A DNA stretch of 64,000 nt from Felis catus (lineage: Eukaryota). A model generated the notes under the pieces. It had not been told where the DNA came from. It saw only the letters and a program-made list of their open reading frames with translations, and did not search any database. A program made the position numbers and the translations under genes. The stretch spans positions 205,346,001 through 205,410,000 of the forward strand of contig NC_058368.1 of the NCBI RefSeq assembly GCF_018350175.1. The letters run 5' to 3'. Numbering within the stretch: position 1 is the stretch's first letter; the number at the start of each line of letters is the position of its first letter. Positions 39,906-53,113 of the stretch are shown here, in pieces.

Positions 39906-40553
39906 GATGGGAATGCAAGCTGGTGCAGCCACTCTGGAAAACAGTAGGGAGGTTCCTCAAAAAACTAAAAATAGAACTACCCTATGACCCAGCAATTACA
40001 CTACTAGGCATTTATCCAAGGGATACAGATGTGCTGTTTTGAAGGGACACATGCACCCCGATGATTATAGCAGCACTATCAACAATAGCCAAAGTATGGA
40101 AAGAGCCCAAATGTCCATCAATGGATGAATGGATAAAGATGTGGTATATGTATACAATGGAGTATTACTCGGCAATCAAAAAGAATGAAATCTTGCCATT
40201 TGTAACTACATGGATGAAACTAAAGGATATTATGCTAAGCGAAATTAGTCAGTAGGAGAAAGAAAAATCATATGACTTCACTCATATGATGACTTTAAGA
40301 GACAAAACAGATGAACATAAGGGAAGGTAAACAAAAATAATATAAAAACAGGGAGGGGGACAAAACAGAAGAGACTCATAAATACGGAGAACAAACTGAG
40401 GGTTACTGGAGGGGTTGTGGGGGGGGGGATGAGCTAAATGGGTAAGGGGCACTAAGGAATCTACTCCTGAAATCATTGTTGCACCATATGCTAACCAATT
40501 TGGATGCAAATTTTTTTTTTAATTTAAAATAAATAAATAAATAAATAAATAAA
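39906..40553 (+). mobile_element. 5'-truncated L1 (ORF2 end and 3'UTR) in RIMOC1 intron 5
   Basis: ORF 40061..40255 (IIAALSTIAKVWKEPKCPSMDEWIK); (taaa)n tail followed directly by a SINE. Confidence 0.9.
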
Positions 40554-40555
40554 TA

Positions 40556-40790
40556 GCCCCTGGGTGGCTAGTCGGTTAAGCATCTGACTTCAGCTCACAT
40601 CATGATCTCCCAGTCCATGAGTTCGAGCCCTGCATCGGGCCCTGTGCTGACAGCTCAGAACCTGGAGCCCACTTCGGATTCTGTGTCTCCCTCTCTCTCT
40701 ATCCCCACCCTGCTCATGCTGTCTCTCTCTGTCTCAAAAATAAATAAACATTAAAAAAATTTTAAAAATAAATAAAATAAAATAAAATAA
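40556..40790 (+). mobile_element. CAN-SINE in an L1 tail
   Basis: cctgggtggctagtcggttaag head directly after (taaa)n. Confidence 0.88.
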
Positions 40791-41994
40791 AATCTCTAAG
40801 ATCCTTCCTAAACCTAAAATAAAATTTTCACACTTACAGAATACTAAGAACTAATTTTCAAAACCATACTATGTATAAAAATATACAGATTTAAGTATAC
40901 AGAAACTATCATGTCAAAACACTTACATTGTTTTCATTTTTGAATAAATGTTTTAAGTGAAGAAAAAAAAATAATTAGAACCTCTCTGATGGGGATCAGG
41001 AGTAATTCAGCCAGGTAGGCTTCCTGGCTCCTAACCTACATCTTGAGAGAGATGAAGTAGGGAGGAACAAACTGCTTTAGATGAGAACAAGAAGCCAACA
41101 CCGGAAGAGGACCTAGCCCTGTGGCAAAAGTGCTATGAAGTGGATGTTGTTTTCTTTTTTTTTTTTTTCCTGGAAAAAAGAGACCCTATCTGTCCCTTTT
41201 GATTCTCCTGTGGAAGAAGTAGTGGAAGCTAGGGGCTAATGCAATCAAATTATGATTTAAGAGAAGACACTAGTACCACAAACATCCTGAAGAGAAAATC
41301 CCAGGCTATAAGAGTATACTACCCTATGACTAGAAATGAGAGAATAAGAGAAATTGGTGACTCTTGCTACTTTCTTTGGTTCTAAATAGGCTTTCGTGCC
41401 CATCCCTACTTTTTCTTTTACATCAATCCATATTGGTGGGTGAGGAGATTTTAGAAAGGCCACTGTCAATGCAGCTAATCAGTTTACTAGTTATCCGCAA
41501 GAAATACTTCCTACAAATAAACCAAAACACCACGTTTGTCAAAACAGGCCCACTGGAGGAGCATTTGGTATTTGCAATTTTTAGGACAGCTACGTGCCTG
41601 AATTAACTGAACATAACAACTTTCAGTAGCTTAAATCATGCTGCTTTTTCTAAGCAGTGTTTTCAAATAAAATGGAAAAACCTACAAAAGCTAACAAAGA
41701 AAAAAGGATAATTAAAATATACTTATAAAATTGAAATATAGAATTTTCCCTAAGTTTTCTTCTTCTCCATATTTGATTTCTCCCCATCAAAATTTCAGAT
41801 GAAGTAAAAAGAAAGTTTACACATATAATCTAATGTCACTTGCCAGCTATGTGACCTTCAACACACCTTCTGGCTTATCATGACATCAGTTCCTCCACTT
41901 ATAAAGAGATGGCAAAAATAAGTGGTTCTTCCCTCCCACACCTCAGTCTAAAACCCAAATGATGCTCTATATCCAGTTCCTAATATTTTCAGGT

Positions 41995-43010
41995 GGATAG
42001 ATATGACAGGAACATTTGCCACCCAGTATTCATTCTTCCCTTCTTTCTTAGTTAAGAGACAATTTTACTTGGGATGGCAATGCATCAGGTGAAGGGCTAT
42101 ACTGTAATCCCAGGTTCCCTTGTAGCTGTTTGAAGCCATGTGATTAAATTATTGCCAGTGAAATGTAGGTGGAAGTTTTAAGTGTCAGAAACTTCTAAGA
42201 AGGTTTTCCAAAGGAGCAGTGTTGACTGAAAGAAACATCTTTTTGCCCTTCCTATAGACTGAAACACAGGTGAGACGAAAAGACCTCCAGAAGCATGTTG
42301 AGACACTGAGAATGCAATATCCTCAACAGAGGTGCATGTTGCACAACTCTGGGAAGTACTATTTACATGTATTCTGTATAAATGCCTCCCTCTGAAGCTG
42401 TAAGGCTGTAGTTCTGAAGATGATGGAGGAAAAAGGTAGGATCCTGATAGGAATCACCATAATCAGCTCTGGTTTTGGTTGTTGTCTTTTTTTCTCAGTG
42501 TTTATTTATTTTTGAGAGAGAGTGCGAGTGAGGGAAGGGCAGAGACAGAGAGAAAGACACAGAATCTGACGTAGGCTTCAGGCTCCAAGTTGAGCTGTCA
42601 GCACAGAACCCAACATGAGGCTTGAACCCAGGAACCGCGAGATCATGACCTGAGCAGAAGTCGGACGTTCAACTGACTAAGCCACCCATGTGCCCCTTAA
42701 GACCATTTTTAGGTGAAAGAGCAGTAAATTTCTACTTGTTTAAAAGTTACTTCCGGGGCACCTGGGTGGCTCAGTTGGATAGGATCCAACTCTTGATTTA
42801 GGCTCAGGTCATGATTTCAAGGTTTGTTGAATTCGAGGCCCAAGTCGGGCTCTATGCTGACAGTGCAGAGTCCGCTTAGGATTTTCTCTCTCCCTTTCTC
42901 TCTGCCCCTCCCAGCTTGCGTGCATGGCTCTCTCTCTCTCTCTCTCTCAAAATAAATAAACTTAAAAAAAGTTATTTCCAGTCTGTTTCAAGTAGCCGAA
43001 TCTAGTGCCT
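41995..43010. mobile_element. Probable MLT1-type MaLR LTR interrupted by two SINEs
   Basis: tcccaggttcccttgtagctg...gccatgtgattaaatt...; gtaaatttctacttgttta. Confidence 0.45.
42487..42970. mobile_element. Head-to-head inverted CAN-SINE pair (~42487-42696 -, ~42756-42970 +)
   Basis: Two SINE heads about 60 bp apart in opposite orientation. Confidence 0.9.
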
Positions 43011-43253
43011 AATTGGGCTAATTGGGGATACGAAATAAAAGCAGCATGACATGTAATTCTTTCAAAGTTACTATAAAGGGAATAGCAGTATTTTTTATTT
43101 TTTACATGAGAAGATATTTAAAAGCCCTTTTATTATTTTTTGGTATATAATGTACCTTGAAATTCATTTAAATCAGAGTAAAGTCTAGTAAACGTAAAAA
43201 TTAAGAAAAAAAAAACCTTTAAAACAGGAAACTGCAAAAAGAGATCACATTAC

Positions 43254-43368
43254 CTTCACTCAGTAATTTGGCTGTGTCTAAGTCTTGGAAAGAAACTCCT
43301 TCATTTAACTGGATAGGACACCGGTAATTTAGCATCTGTAGCAAGTAACTGATTCCATCAATAAGATA
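43254..43368 (-). CDS. RIMOC1: RIMOC1 coding exon 5
   Basis: tag|TAT...GAAG|gtaatg; 115 nt; YLIDGISYLLQMLNYRCPIQLNEGVSFQDLDTAKLLSE. Confidence 0.95.
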
Positions 43369-44261
43369 CTAAATGAAAATCAAAGCCAAAGAATTGTAAG
43401 TATTATATGAAGAACTGTAGAAACCTCAAACGTTAATTTCCCCCCATTCTTTACTTAAGAGAAAATTGACTAGTTTGTAAATGTATCTTGTGGTTATTAT
43501 ATCACAATGGTAGAAGGACCCACCCCATCCCAAAACTTTTATAAATACAACCTTCCAAATGCTCCAATTAGCAAAAGAGTATGGGAGATAAAAAAAGAAA
43601 GAACTAACCAAGAACACATGACTCAGTAATATATTTGTCAAAGATGTTAACAGAGGAAGAAAAAGATAAAATAACAATTAATTGTTCAAAAACAATTTAT
43701 TAAAACATGTACTTATTATAATTTAAGAAATATTATGAACAAAATTTTACATCAAGGGTAACCTCTCATTTCTAGGCCCGCATAAACTATGTATACAACC
43801 AACTCAAGTTTGAATTCTTAGTAAAACAATGTAAGACAGGTTCTTTGGATTTACAGATTTGGTCAGAAGAGTCAAGACAAATCAGAGGGCTACAGTGTTC
43901 TACAGTAGGGTCACAAGGTTCTTTATGAGTAATCTGCTGACAGAGGGTCACAGCCAAGTCTGTTTCCTTCAGGCCATAAATATGCTTCGAAATTGATACA
44001 GACAGTCTATATTCTATTTAAAAAAAAAATCCCAAACTTAAAAACAGCACGTAAACTTCCCAGTTTACAAAGGCTTTCACATGTTATCTTATTTAATCTT
44101 CACAATAATTCCCATATGCTTAAGAATACATAGCTAGTAAGTTGAAACCTGGAGTGCAAACCCAGACCCTTTGATTCCACTACTCTTCGTACTACACCAA
44201 TGACAGCTTTTTGAAACCTGTAAAGTCAACAATCTAAAATGTATAAGGAACACCTTTTTAC

Positions 44262-44393
44262 CTTTTTAAGCAAACTGGATTTTCTTGTGAGCCACTCTCT
44301 CCTTTTGGTCAGAGAATGACAATACATATAGAGTAGAGCACCTCTCCTCCAAGAGAGGCATTCCAGAAGTTCATCCCCAAGCAAATCGCAGGG
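44262..44393 (-). CDS. RIMOC1: RIMOC1 coding exon 4
   Basis: cag|CCC...AAG|gtaaaa; 132 nt; PCDLLGDELLECLSWRRGALLYMYCHSLTKRREWLTRKSSLLKK. Confidence 0.95.
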
Positions 44394-44696
44394 CTGAAAT
44401 ACAACAAAGACTTAGCTAAAAAAAGAAACCTCACATCTGTAAAAATAAAAATTAAATTCCAACATATTGAGCAATTCAAAACACTTTCATTTCACAAAAT
44501 TTGCCCTTTACTTGGCTACTTATTATTCATGAATGCCTTACTTTGTTTGAATCAATTATAAGTTTAGAAATCTATTGCTACGTGAAAATACTCCAATTTA
44601 CAATTTTTTAGAAAATAATATTTAAGTATTTTAGTAGCCATTTCTAACATATCTGAAATATAAGTATTCCATAATCTAATTAAAAAGATAACTTTT

Positions 44697-46035
44697 CATT
44701 CAATAAATCATGCTGGGAACACTGGACAGCTACATGAAAAAGAATGAAACTGGATTACTTTCTTACACCATACACAAAAATAAACTCAAAATAAAATAAA
44801 GACCTAAACGTAAGACTTGAAACCACAAAACGCCTAGAAGAAAACATAGGCAGTAATTTCTTTGATATTGGCCTTAGCAATATTTTTTTAGGTATTTTTC
44901 TTGAGGCAAAGGAAACAAAAGAAATCAACTACTGAGACTACATCAAAACAAAAAGCTTCTGCACAGCAAAGGAAACCATCAACAAATGAAAATGCAACCT
45001 ACTGAATGGAAGATGTTTGCAAATAACATAATGATATACCTGATAAGGGGTTAATATCCAAAACATATAAAGAATCTATATAGCTTAACACCAAAAAAAC
45101 CCAAATAACCCAATCAAAAAGCAAACAGAGGAAGTGAATAGACATTTTTCAAACGAAGATATATAGAGATGGCCAACGGACACATGAAAAGATGCTCAAC
45201 ATTACTAATTATCAGGGAAATGCAAATCAAAATCACAATGAGATATCACCTTGCACCTGTCAGAATGGCTAGAATCAAAAGGACAAGAAATAATAAGTGT
45301 TGGTAAGGATGTGGAGAAAAAGGAACCCTTGTATGCTACTGGTAGAAATGTAAATTGGTGCAGCCACTGAGAAAACAGTATGAATGTTCCTCAACAATTA
45401 AAAATAGAATTACTGTATGATCAAGTAATTCCACTACTGGGTATTTACCCAAAACAAAAAGACTAACTTAAAAAAATATATGCACTCCTACGTTTATTGC
45501 AGCATTATTTATAATAGCCAAGATATGGAAATAACCCAAATGTCCATTAATAGATAAATGGATAAAAAAGATGTGGTAAATACAAAGGGTTATTATTCAG
45601 CCATAAAAAAGAAAAGATCTTGCCATTTGTGATAACGTAGATAGACCTACATGGTATCGTGCTAGGAAAAATAAATCAGACAGAGAAAGACAAATACCAT
45701 GTGATTTCACTTACGTGTGAAATCTAAAAAACAAAACAAACGGATAAACAAACAAAAAGCAGAATCAGACTCATAAATACAGAGAACAAACTGATGGTTG
45801 CCAGAGGAATGGGCAAAACAGGTGAAGGAGAGAGAGTGGGATATACAGGCTCCCAGTTATGGAATGAGTAAATCACAGGGAAAATGGGTACAATGGTATT
45901 GTAATTGCCTTGGAAGATGCAGCTACACTTATGAACATAGCATAACATATGAAATTGTTGAATCACTATACCATACACTTGAAACTAATGTAACATTGTA
46001 TGTCAACAACAGTTCAATAAAAAATAAGTGTTAAA
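44697..46035 (+). mobile_element. 5'-truncated L1 (~1.3 kb) in RIMOC1 intron 3
   Basis: L1 ORF2 3' portion plus 3'UTR; imperfect flanking duplication aaaaagataactttt / aaaaagggtaactttt. Confidence 0.9.
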
Positions 46036-46758
46036 AAAGGGTAACTTTTTAGAAATCTGTTACTTGAAACAAGATGACACTTGTAGTACTGTTAGAATAA
46101 AATAATGAAAAAATATATATATAAGGTTTTAATATATCAAACTTTTCCTGTGTTGTATCATTTAAAACTTGGAATTATTTGTTCCCACAGTTAACATCCC
46201 CTGATAAACACATAGAGAAAAAAAAAAATCTGGGTAAAGAGAGCCAGCAGGCAGTTAAAGATAATAAATTATCTGCTTGCAAGAATAGCCAGGGCTAGAC
46301 AAAAACCTTGGAATCATCTAAATAGAGATGACAATAAAAAGCATGTGAACAGGTTGTCAAGCAGACAGAATAGAGAAAATCAGAGGATTAAGATATCCTT
46401 GGTGAGGGTGTATCTTTCCAGGATGGGAGAAAGGGCAGATGTTTGGGGAAGAACAAGAGCCAGGCTCTGAGGGCCTCAGAGGGATGGGGTGATCAATAGG
46501 AAGAAAAGCAGCAAATGCCCAGGAGGAAAAAGACTGTAAAAAGGACAGGAGATGTGTTAATTAGATCCCTCAGGACCTTCAATCTGCAGAAGTAAAGGGA
46601 GCAGAAATAGCAAATATCTGTGTTTAGAAAATGATCAGGCACCAGTAATTCCAATACAATTCCATCATGCAAATATTCTGAAACATATATGTGATACTTT
46701 AGTTGTGATGTTGGTCTGAGGTGTTAAAGTCTCATACATCTCTCCTTTAATCTTCATT

Positions 46759-46761
<3 letters not shown>

Positions 46762-46789
<28 letters not shown>

Positions 46790-47013
46790 TTTTTTTTTAA
46801 TTTTTTTTTTCAACATTTATTTATTTTTGGGACAGAGAGAGACAGAACATGAACGGGGGAGGGGCAGAGAGAGAGGGAGACACAGAATCGGAAACAGGCT
46901 CCAGGCTCTGAGCCATCAGCCCAGAGCCTGACGCGGGGCTCGAACTCCTGGACCGCGAGATCGTGACCTGGCTGAAGTCGGACGCTTAACCGACTGCGCC
47001 ACCCAGGTGCCCC
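46762..47013 (-). mobile_element. Young SINEC_Fc-type SINE with 14-bp TSD
   Basis: TSD taatcttcatttta at 46748-46761 and 47014-47027. Confidence 0.95.
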
Positions 47014-47130
47014 TAATCTTCATTTTAAACAGAGACAAAGACACATTCCAGAAGAAGAAATGACAGACTCTAAAGAGCAGAAGAGGAAGAAACAGCATTC
47101 CACCATAATTCACAGGAGTACAAAACTTAC

Positions 47131-47274
47131 TTTTGGGTGCATATTATTTTCTTTAATTAAAATTTCTGGTTCTGAAAGAAAACTGATCAGCTCTTTTACT
47201 TTCTGTGAAGAGTCCTCGGGAAAATCTTCATCTACTAGTTTGTTCTCCTCAAAATATGTCATGTCCAAAATGGC
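47131..47274 (-). CDS. RIMOC1: RIMOC1 coding exon 3
   Basis: cag|GCC...AAA|gtaagt; 144 nt; AILDMTYFEENKLVDEDFPEDSSQKVKELISFLSEPEILIKENNMHPK (within ORF 47110..47292). Confidence 0.95.
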
Positions 47275-48173
47275 CTGCAGTAAAACAAACAAAATTATCC
47301 ATGAATGATTGAAATGTGAATAACTTACATTTTAACCTTACATATACAGATGCTTTATTAGACAATTAAATTTGAAAAGTGGGAAAAATGTCTAGCTGTA
47401 CACATAGTCTCTGATGGGCTTCATAGGAAACCTCATAGGTATTTTAGTAAAATATTGAATTAATGATAATCTTGCTTCTCTCAAAAAAAGTAAATAAATA
47501 AGACTTTAAGCTAATCATATATGACATTAATTACGAAAAATATATTATGTTCCTTGCAATCTACACATACATACTTCTTGAACATTTTCTAAATGCCTGC
47601 TATATCAATTTAAGATCACTACCTCTAGTTTTATATATTGAATCTTCAAATAGTTTATTTGTTTCTTCAAATGCAGACCTAGCATTTGGGGAATATGTAT
47701 TCTGCCACCCAATAAAGGCAGTATATAACCAACATTATGCAATTTAAACACTAAATCCCTAGCATTCCTAAATATAAGATGCTCTGTTCAAGTACCTTAA
47801 AACTACACAACCTTTTCTCTCTTTTTTTAATCTACTGGACTAAGACTAAGGAAACTGAGTTCTTCCACTAATCACCCAACTAACCAAGGACAGTCAATTT
47901 TATTGGTAAGATAAAGAAACTGCTTTTCAAAGTTCCTTGCTTTGAGGATAGAATGAATTAACATATGTACAACACACAGAATATTAATTATACAGGGCTA
48001 CTTAAGTGCTAAGTGTTCTTGTATTGAAGGCCTAAGTCAGGAAGAGCAAATCATTATCCTACGGATAGTAACTTTGATTCAGAACCATAACTAGGGTCTA
48101 AGGGGGCCTGGGGAATTCAAATCTGTATCTCTAGGTCTTTCATCTTATCTTTAGAAATAAATTCAAATGTTTA

Positions 48174-50290
48174 GAGGGTAGAAGTTAATTAAGATGGAGG
48201 GATAGGGGGAAGCTTCCCTCTTCCCTTGAACACAGCTAGATAAATATCCAGTCATTCTGAACACCCAAGAAATCAACTGACTGAAAAAATAACACTACAA
48301 GTAAAATTGTGGAAGGTAGAATCTGCAGAGAGTTGATTTGGGGGAGATAAGAACTGAGGGTGCTCCAGAGGAGAGGGAGCCCTGCTAAAAAAAAGACTAC
48401 TGCAAAGTATTATAAGAAGTAGAGTGCAACAAGTTTTAGAAGTCCACCACTACCAAGGTCGTGCCTGGCTTAGCAGTATTCCCGTGGGGAAGGAGGGTGG
48501 AGACCCTGCAGAAGACAGTGTGGTCTGAGGATTCTCTGGTTGCTGGGGGAGAAATAGATCCCCTGCTTGGAGTGCACTTGGGAGCGGCAGCAAGGCCTTC
48601 TAGGGGACAGAAGAAAGGGTGGTGCTAACGTGCTACACGATTCCCAGGCATAGGAGCAGGGACACTGACAGAGGACAGCGAGTCTTGATGCCAGTTTTCT
48701 GCTCCACTTTGCCATGAACTCAAAACCACTGTGCGGTCCTGCAAACACTTTCCTGGGACAGTTGGCAAGGGGCAACAGCTTGGTGAGACCCTCCCCCAGA
48801 GGATCAGCACAGGGCCCTACTGCACAAGTCCCTAAAATTCGGAGTTTAGAAATCAAGCCACACACCTGAGATAAAACAGCTCAGACACAGACAGCATGAA
48901 GACAGGGATTTGATGAAAGCAAGGGACACAAGAGAAGTGATTTTCTGTGACGACTACACGAAAAGTGGCAGGCACAAGCTCCCTGCTCTGGGGATAGGAG
49001 AGCCAGGCGAAGCCATTTTGCACTCTCCCTACCCCCCCCCCCCCCAACCGCCCATCAGTACTGAGCAACCTCAATGAGCTAAAGAGCACCACCAAGTGGA
49101 GACCGGGTGCTTACACTAAGCCCTGCCCCCCCCCCCCACCTTGCATATGCATCTCTACAGGGGCAAGTAGTGAGAACCAGTGCAACAAACATACTGGGTC
49201 ACAAATCAGCCCTCAACAAACACAAAAAGATCTAGATCATTCCATGCATATTTTCAAACCACAAAGCTATGAAACCTGAAGTCAACCACAAGAAAATATT
49301 TGGAAAGACCATAGATACATGGAGGTTAAAGAACATCCTACTGAAGAATGAATGGGTAAATCAGAAAATTAAAGAAGAAATAAAGAAGTACATGGAAGCA
49401 AATGAAAATATAAACATGACAGTCCAAAACCTTTGGGACGCAGCAAAGGCAGTCCTACGAGGGAAGTATATTCAATACAGGCCTACCTCAAGAAGCAAGA
49501 AAAGTCTCAAAGACACAACCTAACCTTACATGTAAAGAAGCTAAAAAAGAACAGAAAATAAAGCCTAAAGCCAGCAGAAGAAGGGAAATAATAAAGACTA
49601 GAGCAGAAATAAATGAAGTAGAAACAAACAAACAAAACCTAGTAGAACAGATCAATGAAACTAAGAGCTGATTCTTTGAATGTATTAATAAAATTGATAA
49701 CCCCCTAGCCAGACTTATCAAAAAGAAAAGAGAAAGAACCTAGATAAATAAAATCAGGAATGAAAGAGGAGAGATCATAACCAACACCACAGAAATACAA
49801 ATAACCGTAAGAGAGTATTAGGAAAAATTATGTCAATCAACTCGGTAATCTGGAAGAAATGGACACATTCCTAGAAACATAAAAACTACCAAAACTGAAA
49901 CAGGAAGAAATAGAAAATTTGAACAAACCCATAACCAGCAAAGAAATTGATCAGTAATCAAAAATCTCCTGGGGCACATGGATTGCTCAGTCGTTTAAGC
50001 ATCAGACTCTTGATTTCAGCTCTGTCATGATCTCATGGTTTGTGGGTTCAAGCCCCATGCTGACAGAGCGGATCCTATGTGAGATTCTGTCTGTCCATCC
50101 CCTGTTAGCTCTCTCTCTCAAAATAAATAAATATACTTAAAAAAATATATCTCCCAACAGGGGCGCTGGGTGGCTCAGTCTGTTGAGCATCCAACTCTTG
50201 ATTTCACCTCAGGTCATGATCCCAGGGTTGTGGGATTGAGCCCCATGTCGGACTCCACACTGAACATCATGAACATCAAGCTTGCTTAAG

Positions 50291-50344
<54 letters not shown>

Positions 50345-52663
50345 CCCCCCCCCCCACCCTGCCCGTGTCAACCATCCATGCTCTCGAAAGGAAGGAAGGA
50401 AGGAAGGAAGGAAGGAAGGAAGGAAGGAAGGAAGGATCTCCCAATAAAAGTACAGGGCCAGATGGCTTCCCAGAGGAATTGTACCAGATATTTAAAGAGT
50501 TACTACCTATTCTTCTTAACCTGTTCAAACAAATAGCAATGGAAGGAAAAGTTCCAAACTCCTTCTATGCAGCTAGCATTACCTTGACTCCAAAGCCAGA
50601 CAAAGACCCAATAAAAAGGAAAATTACAGGTCAATATCCCTGATAAGCATGGATGCAAAAATTCTCAATAAGATACTAGCAAACAGAATTCAACAGTACA
50701 TGAAAAGAATTATTCACCACAATAAAGTGGGATTTATTCCTGGGCTACAGAGCTGGTTTGGTATCCGCAAATCATTCAATATGATACGCCACATTAATAA
50801 AAGAAAGGATAAAAACTGTATGATCCCTCTTAATAGATGCAGAAAAGCATTTGACAAAATATAGCATCCATTCTTGATAAAAACCCTCAACAAGTAGGAG
50901 TAAATGGAACATACCTCAACATCATAAAGGCCATATACAAAAGACTCACAGCTAATATCATCCTCAAATGGGGAAAAACTGAGAGCTTTTCCTGTATGGT
51001 TAGGAACAAGACAGATGCCCAGTGTCACCATTACTATTTGTCATAATACTGGAAGTCTTAGCCTCAGCAATCAGACAACAAAAAGAAATAAAAGGCATCC
51101 AAATCGGCAAGGAAGAAGTCAAACTTTCACTATTTACAGAAAGCATGTTACTCTATGTAGAAAACCCAAAGATTCCACCAAAATATTGCTAGAATACATG
51201 AATTCAGCAAAGTCTCAGGATATAAAGTCAATGTACAGAAATCTGTTGCATTTCTATATACCAATAATGAAGCAGCAGAAAGAAAAGTCAAGGAATCAAT
51301 CCCATTTACAAATGCACCAAAAATCGTAAGATACCTAGGAATAAACCTAACCAGTAAAACTGTGTAACAGTAAAACTGTGTAACACTTACGAAGGAAATT
51401 GAGGAGGACCCCCCCCCTCCACTGCAAAAAGGAAAATATTCCATGTTCATGGATTGGAAGAACACTGTTAAAATGTCCATACTACCCAAAGCAATCTACA
51501 CATTTAATGCAATCTCTATCAAAATACCATTAGCATTTTTCACAGAGCTAGAACAATCCTAAAATTTGTATGGAACAACAAAAGACTCCAAATGGCCAAA
51601 GCAATCATAAAAAAGAAAAGCAAAGCTGGAAGTATCATAATTCCGGACTTTAAGCTATATTACAAAACTGTAGTCATCAAGACAGTATGGTACTGGCACA
51701 AAAACAGACACACAGATCAATGGAACAGAACAGAAAGTCCAGAATGGATCTACAACTACATGGTCAAGTAATCCTCAACAAAGAAGGAAAGAATACCTGA
51801 CGGAAAAAAGGCAGACTCTTCAACAAAAATGTTGGGAAAACTGGAGCAACATGTAGAAAATTGAATTTGCACCCCTTTCTGACACCATATGCAAAAATTC
51901 AAATTTATAAAAGACCTAAATATGAGAGAGGAAACCATCAAAATTCTAGAGGAGAACACAGGCAGCAACCTCTCTGACCTAGGCTGGAGCAATTTCTTAC
52001 CAGACACATCACTGAAGGCAATGAAAACAAGAAAAAATAAATTAGTAGTTCATTAAGATAAAGAGCTTCTGCACAGCAAAGGAAATAGTCAACAAAACTA
52101 AAAGGCAGCCTATATAATAGGAGAAGATATTTGCAAATGGCATATCTGATAACAGGTTAGTACTCACAATATATAAAGAACTTATCAAACTCAACACCCA
52201 AAAAACAAATAATCCAGTGAAGAAATGGGCGAAAGACATGAACATATTTTCACAGAAGACATACAGATGGCTAACAGACACATGAAAAGATGCTCTTCAT
52301 CACTCATCATTAGGGAAATATCAATCAAAATCATGATAAGATACCAAATTAATAATACAAGAAACAACAGGTATTGGCAGGGATACGGAGAAAGGGGAAC
52401 CCTCTTACCCTGTTGGTAGGAATGCAAACTGGTGTAGCCACTCTGGAAAACAGTTCGGAGGTCCCTCAAAAAATTAAAACTAGAACTACCCCACGATCCA
52501 GCAACTGCACTACTAGGTATTTACCCAAAGGATACAAAAATATAGAATCAAAGAGGCACGTGCTCCCCAATATTTATAGCAGCATTATCAACTATACCCA
52601 AAGTACGGAAAGAGCCCAAATGTCCATCAACTGAGAATGGATAAAGAAGACGTGGTACATGTC

Positions 52664-52695
<32 letters not shown>

Positions 52696-53113
52696 CATAC
52701 ATGGAATATTACTCGGTGATCAAAAAGAATGAAATCTTGCTATTTGCAACAACACGGATGGAACTAAAGTATATTATGCTAAGCAAAATAGGTCAGCCAG
52801 AGAAAGAATAACACCATATGATTTTACTCATATGTGGAATTAAGAAACAAAAGAGATGAACATAGGGGAGGTGGGGAAACACCGAAAACAGAAAGGGTAA
52901 CAACGCACAAGAGGCTGTGAAAGAGAACAAACAGGGTTGATGGAGGGAGGTGAGTGGGGGATGGGCTAGATGGGTGATGGGTATTCAGGAGGTCACTTGT
53001 TATGATGAGCACTGGGTGTTGTAAGGGATGAATCACTGAATTCTACTCCTGAAACCAGTTATTACACTGTATGTGAAGTAACTAGAATTTAAATAAAAAT
53101 CTGAAGAGAAAAA
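48174..53113 (+). mobile_element. L1 with 5'UTR, internal deletion, most of ORF2 (disrupted) and 3'UTR, in RIMOC1 intron 2
   Basis: 5' start ...aagatggaggga; ORF2 fragments ([46 protein letters not shown]); candidate TSD aaatgttta at 48165-48173 and 53114-53122. Confidence 0.9.
49970..50435 (+). mobile_element. Two adjacent CAN-SINEs inserted in L1 ORF2
   Basis: ~49970-50145 and ~50160-50435; the second ends in (GGAA)n; atctcc target sequence appears three times. Confidence 0.88.

Noticed and set aside
49269..52634. Reverse-transcriptase-like ORFs
   Set aside because: Broken L1 ORF2 fragments with stops, frameshifts and SINE insertions; not a functional or domesticated gene.
39906..53113. 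All three large L1s in RIMOC1 introns are antisense to the gene
   Set aside because: This is the well-known genome-wide orientation bias, and the sample is tiny.
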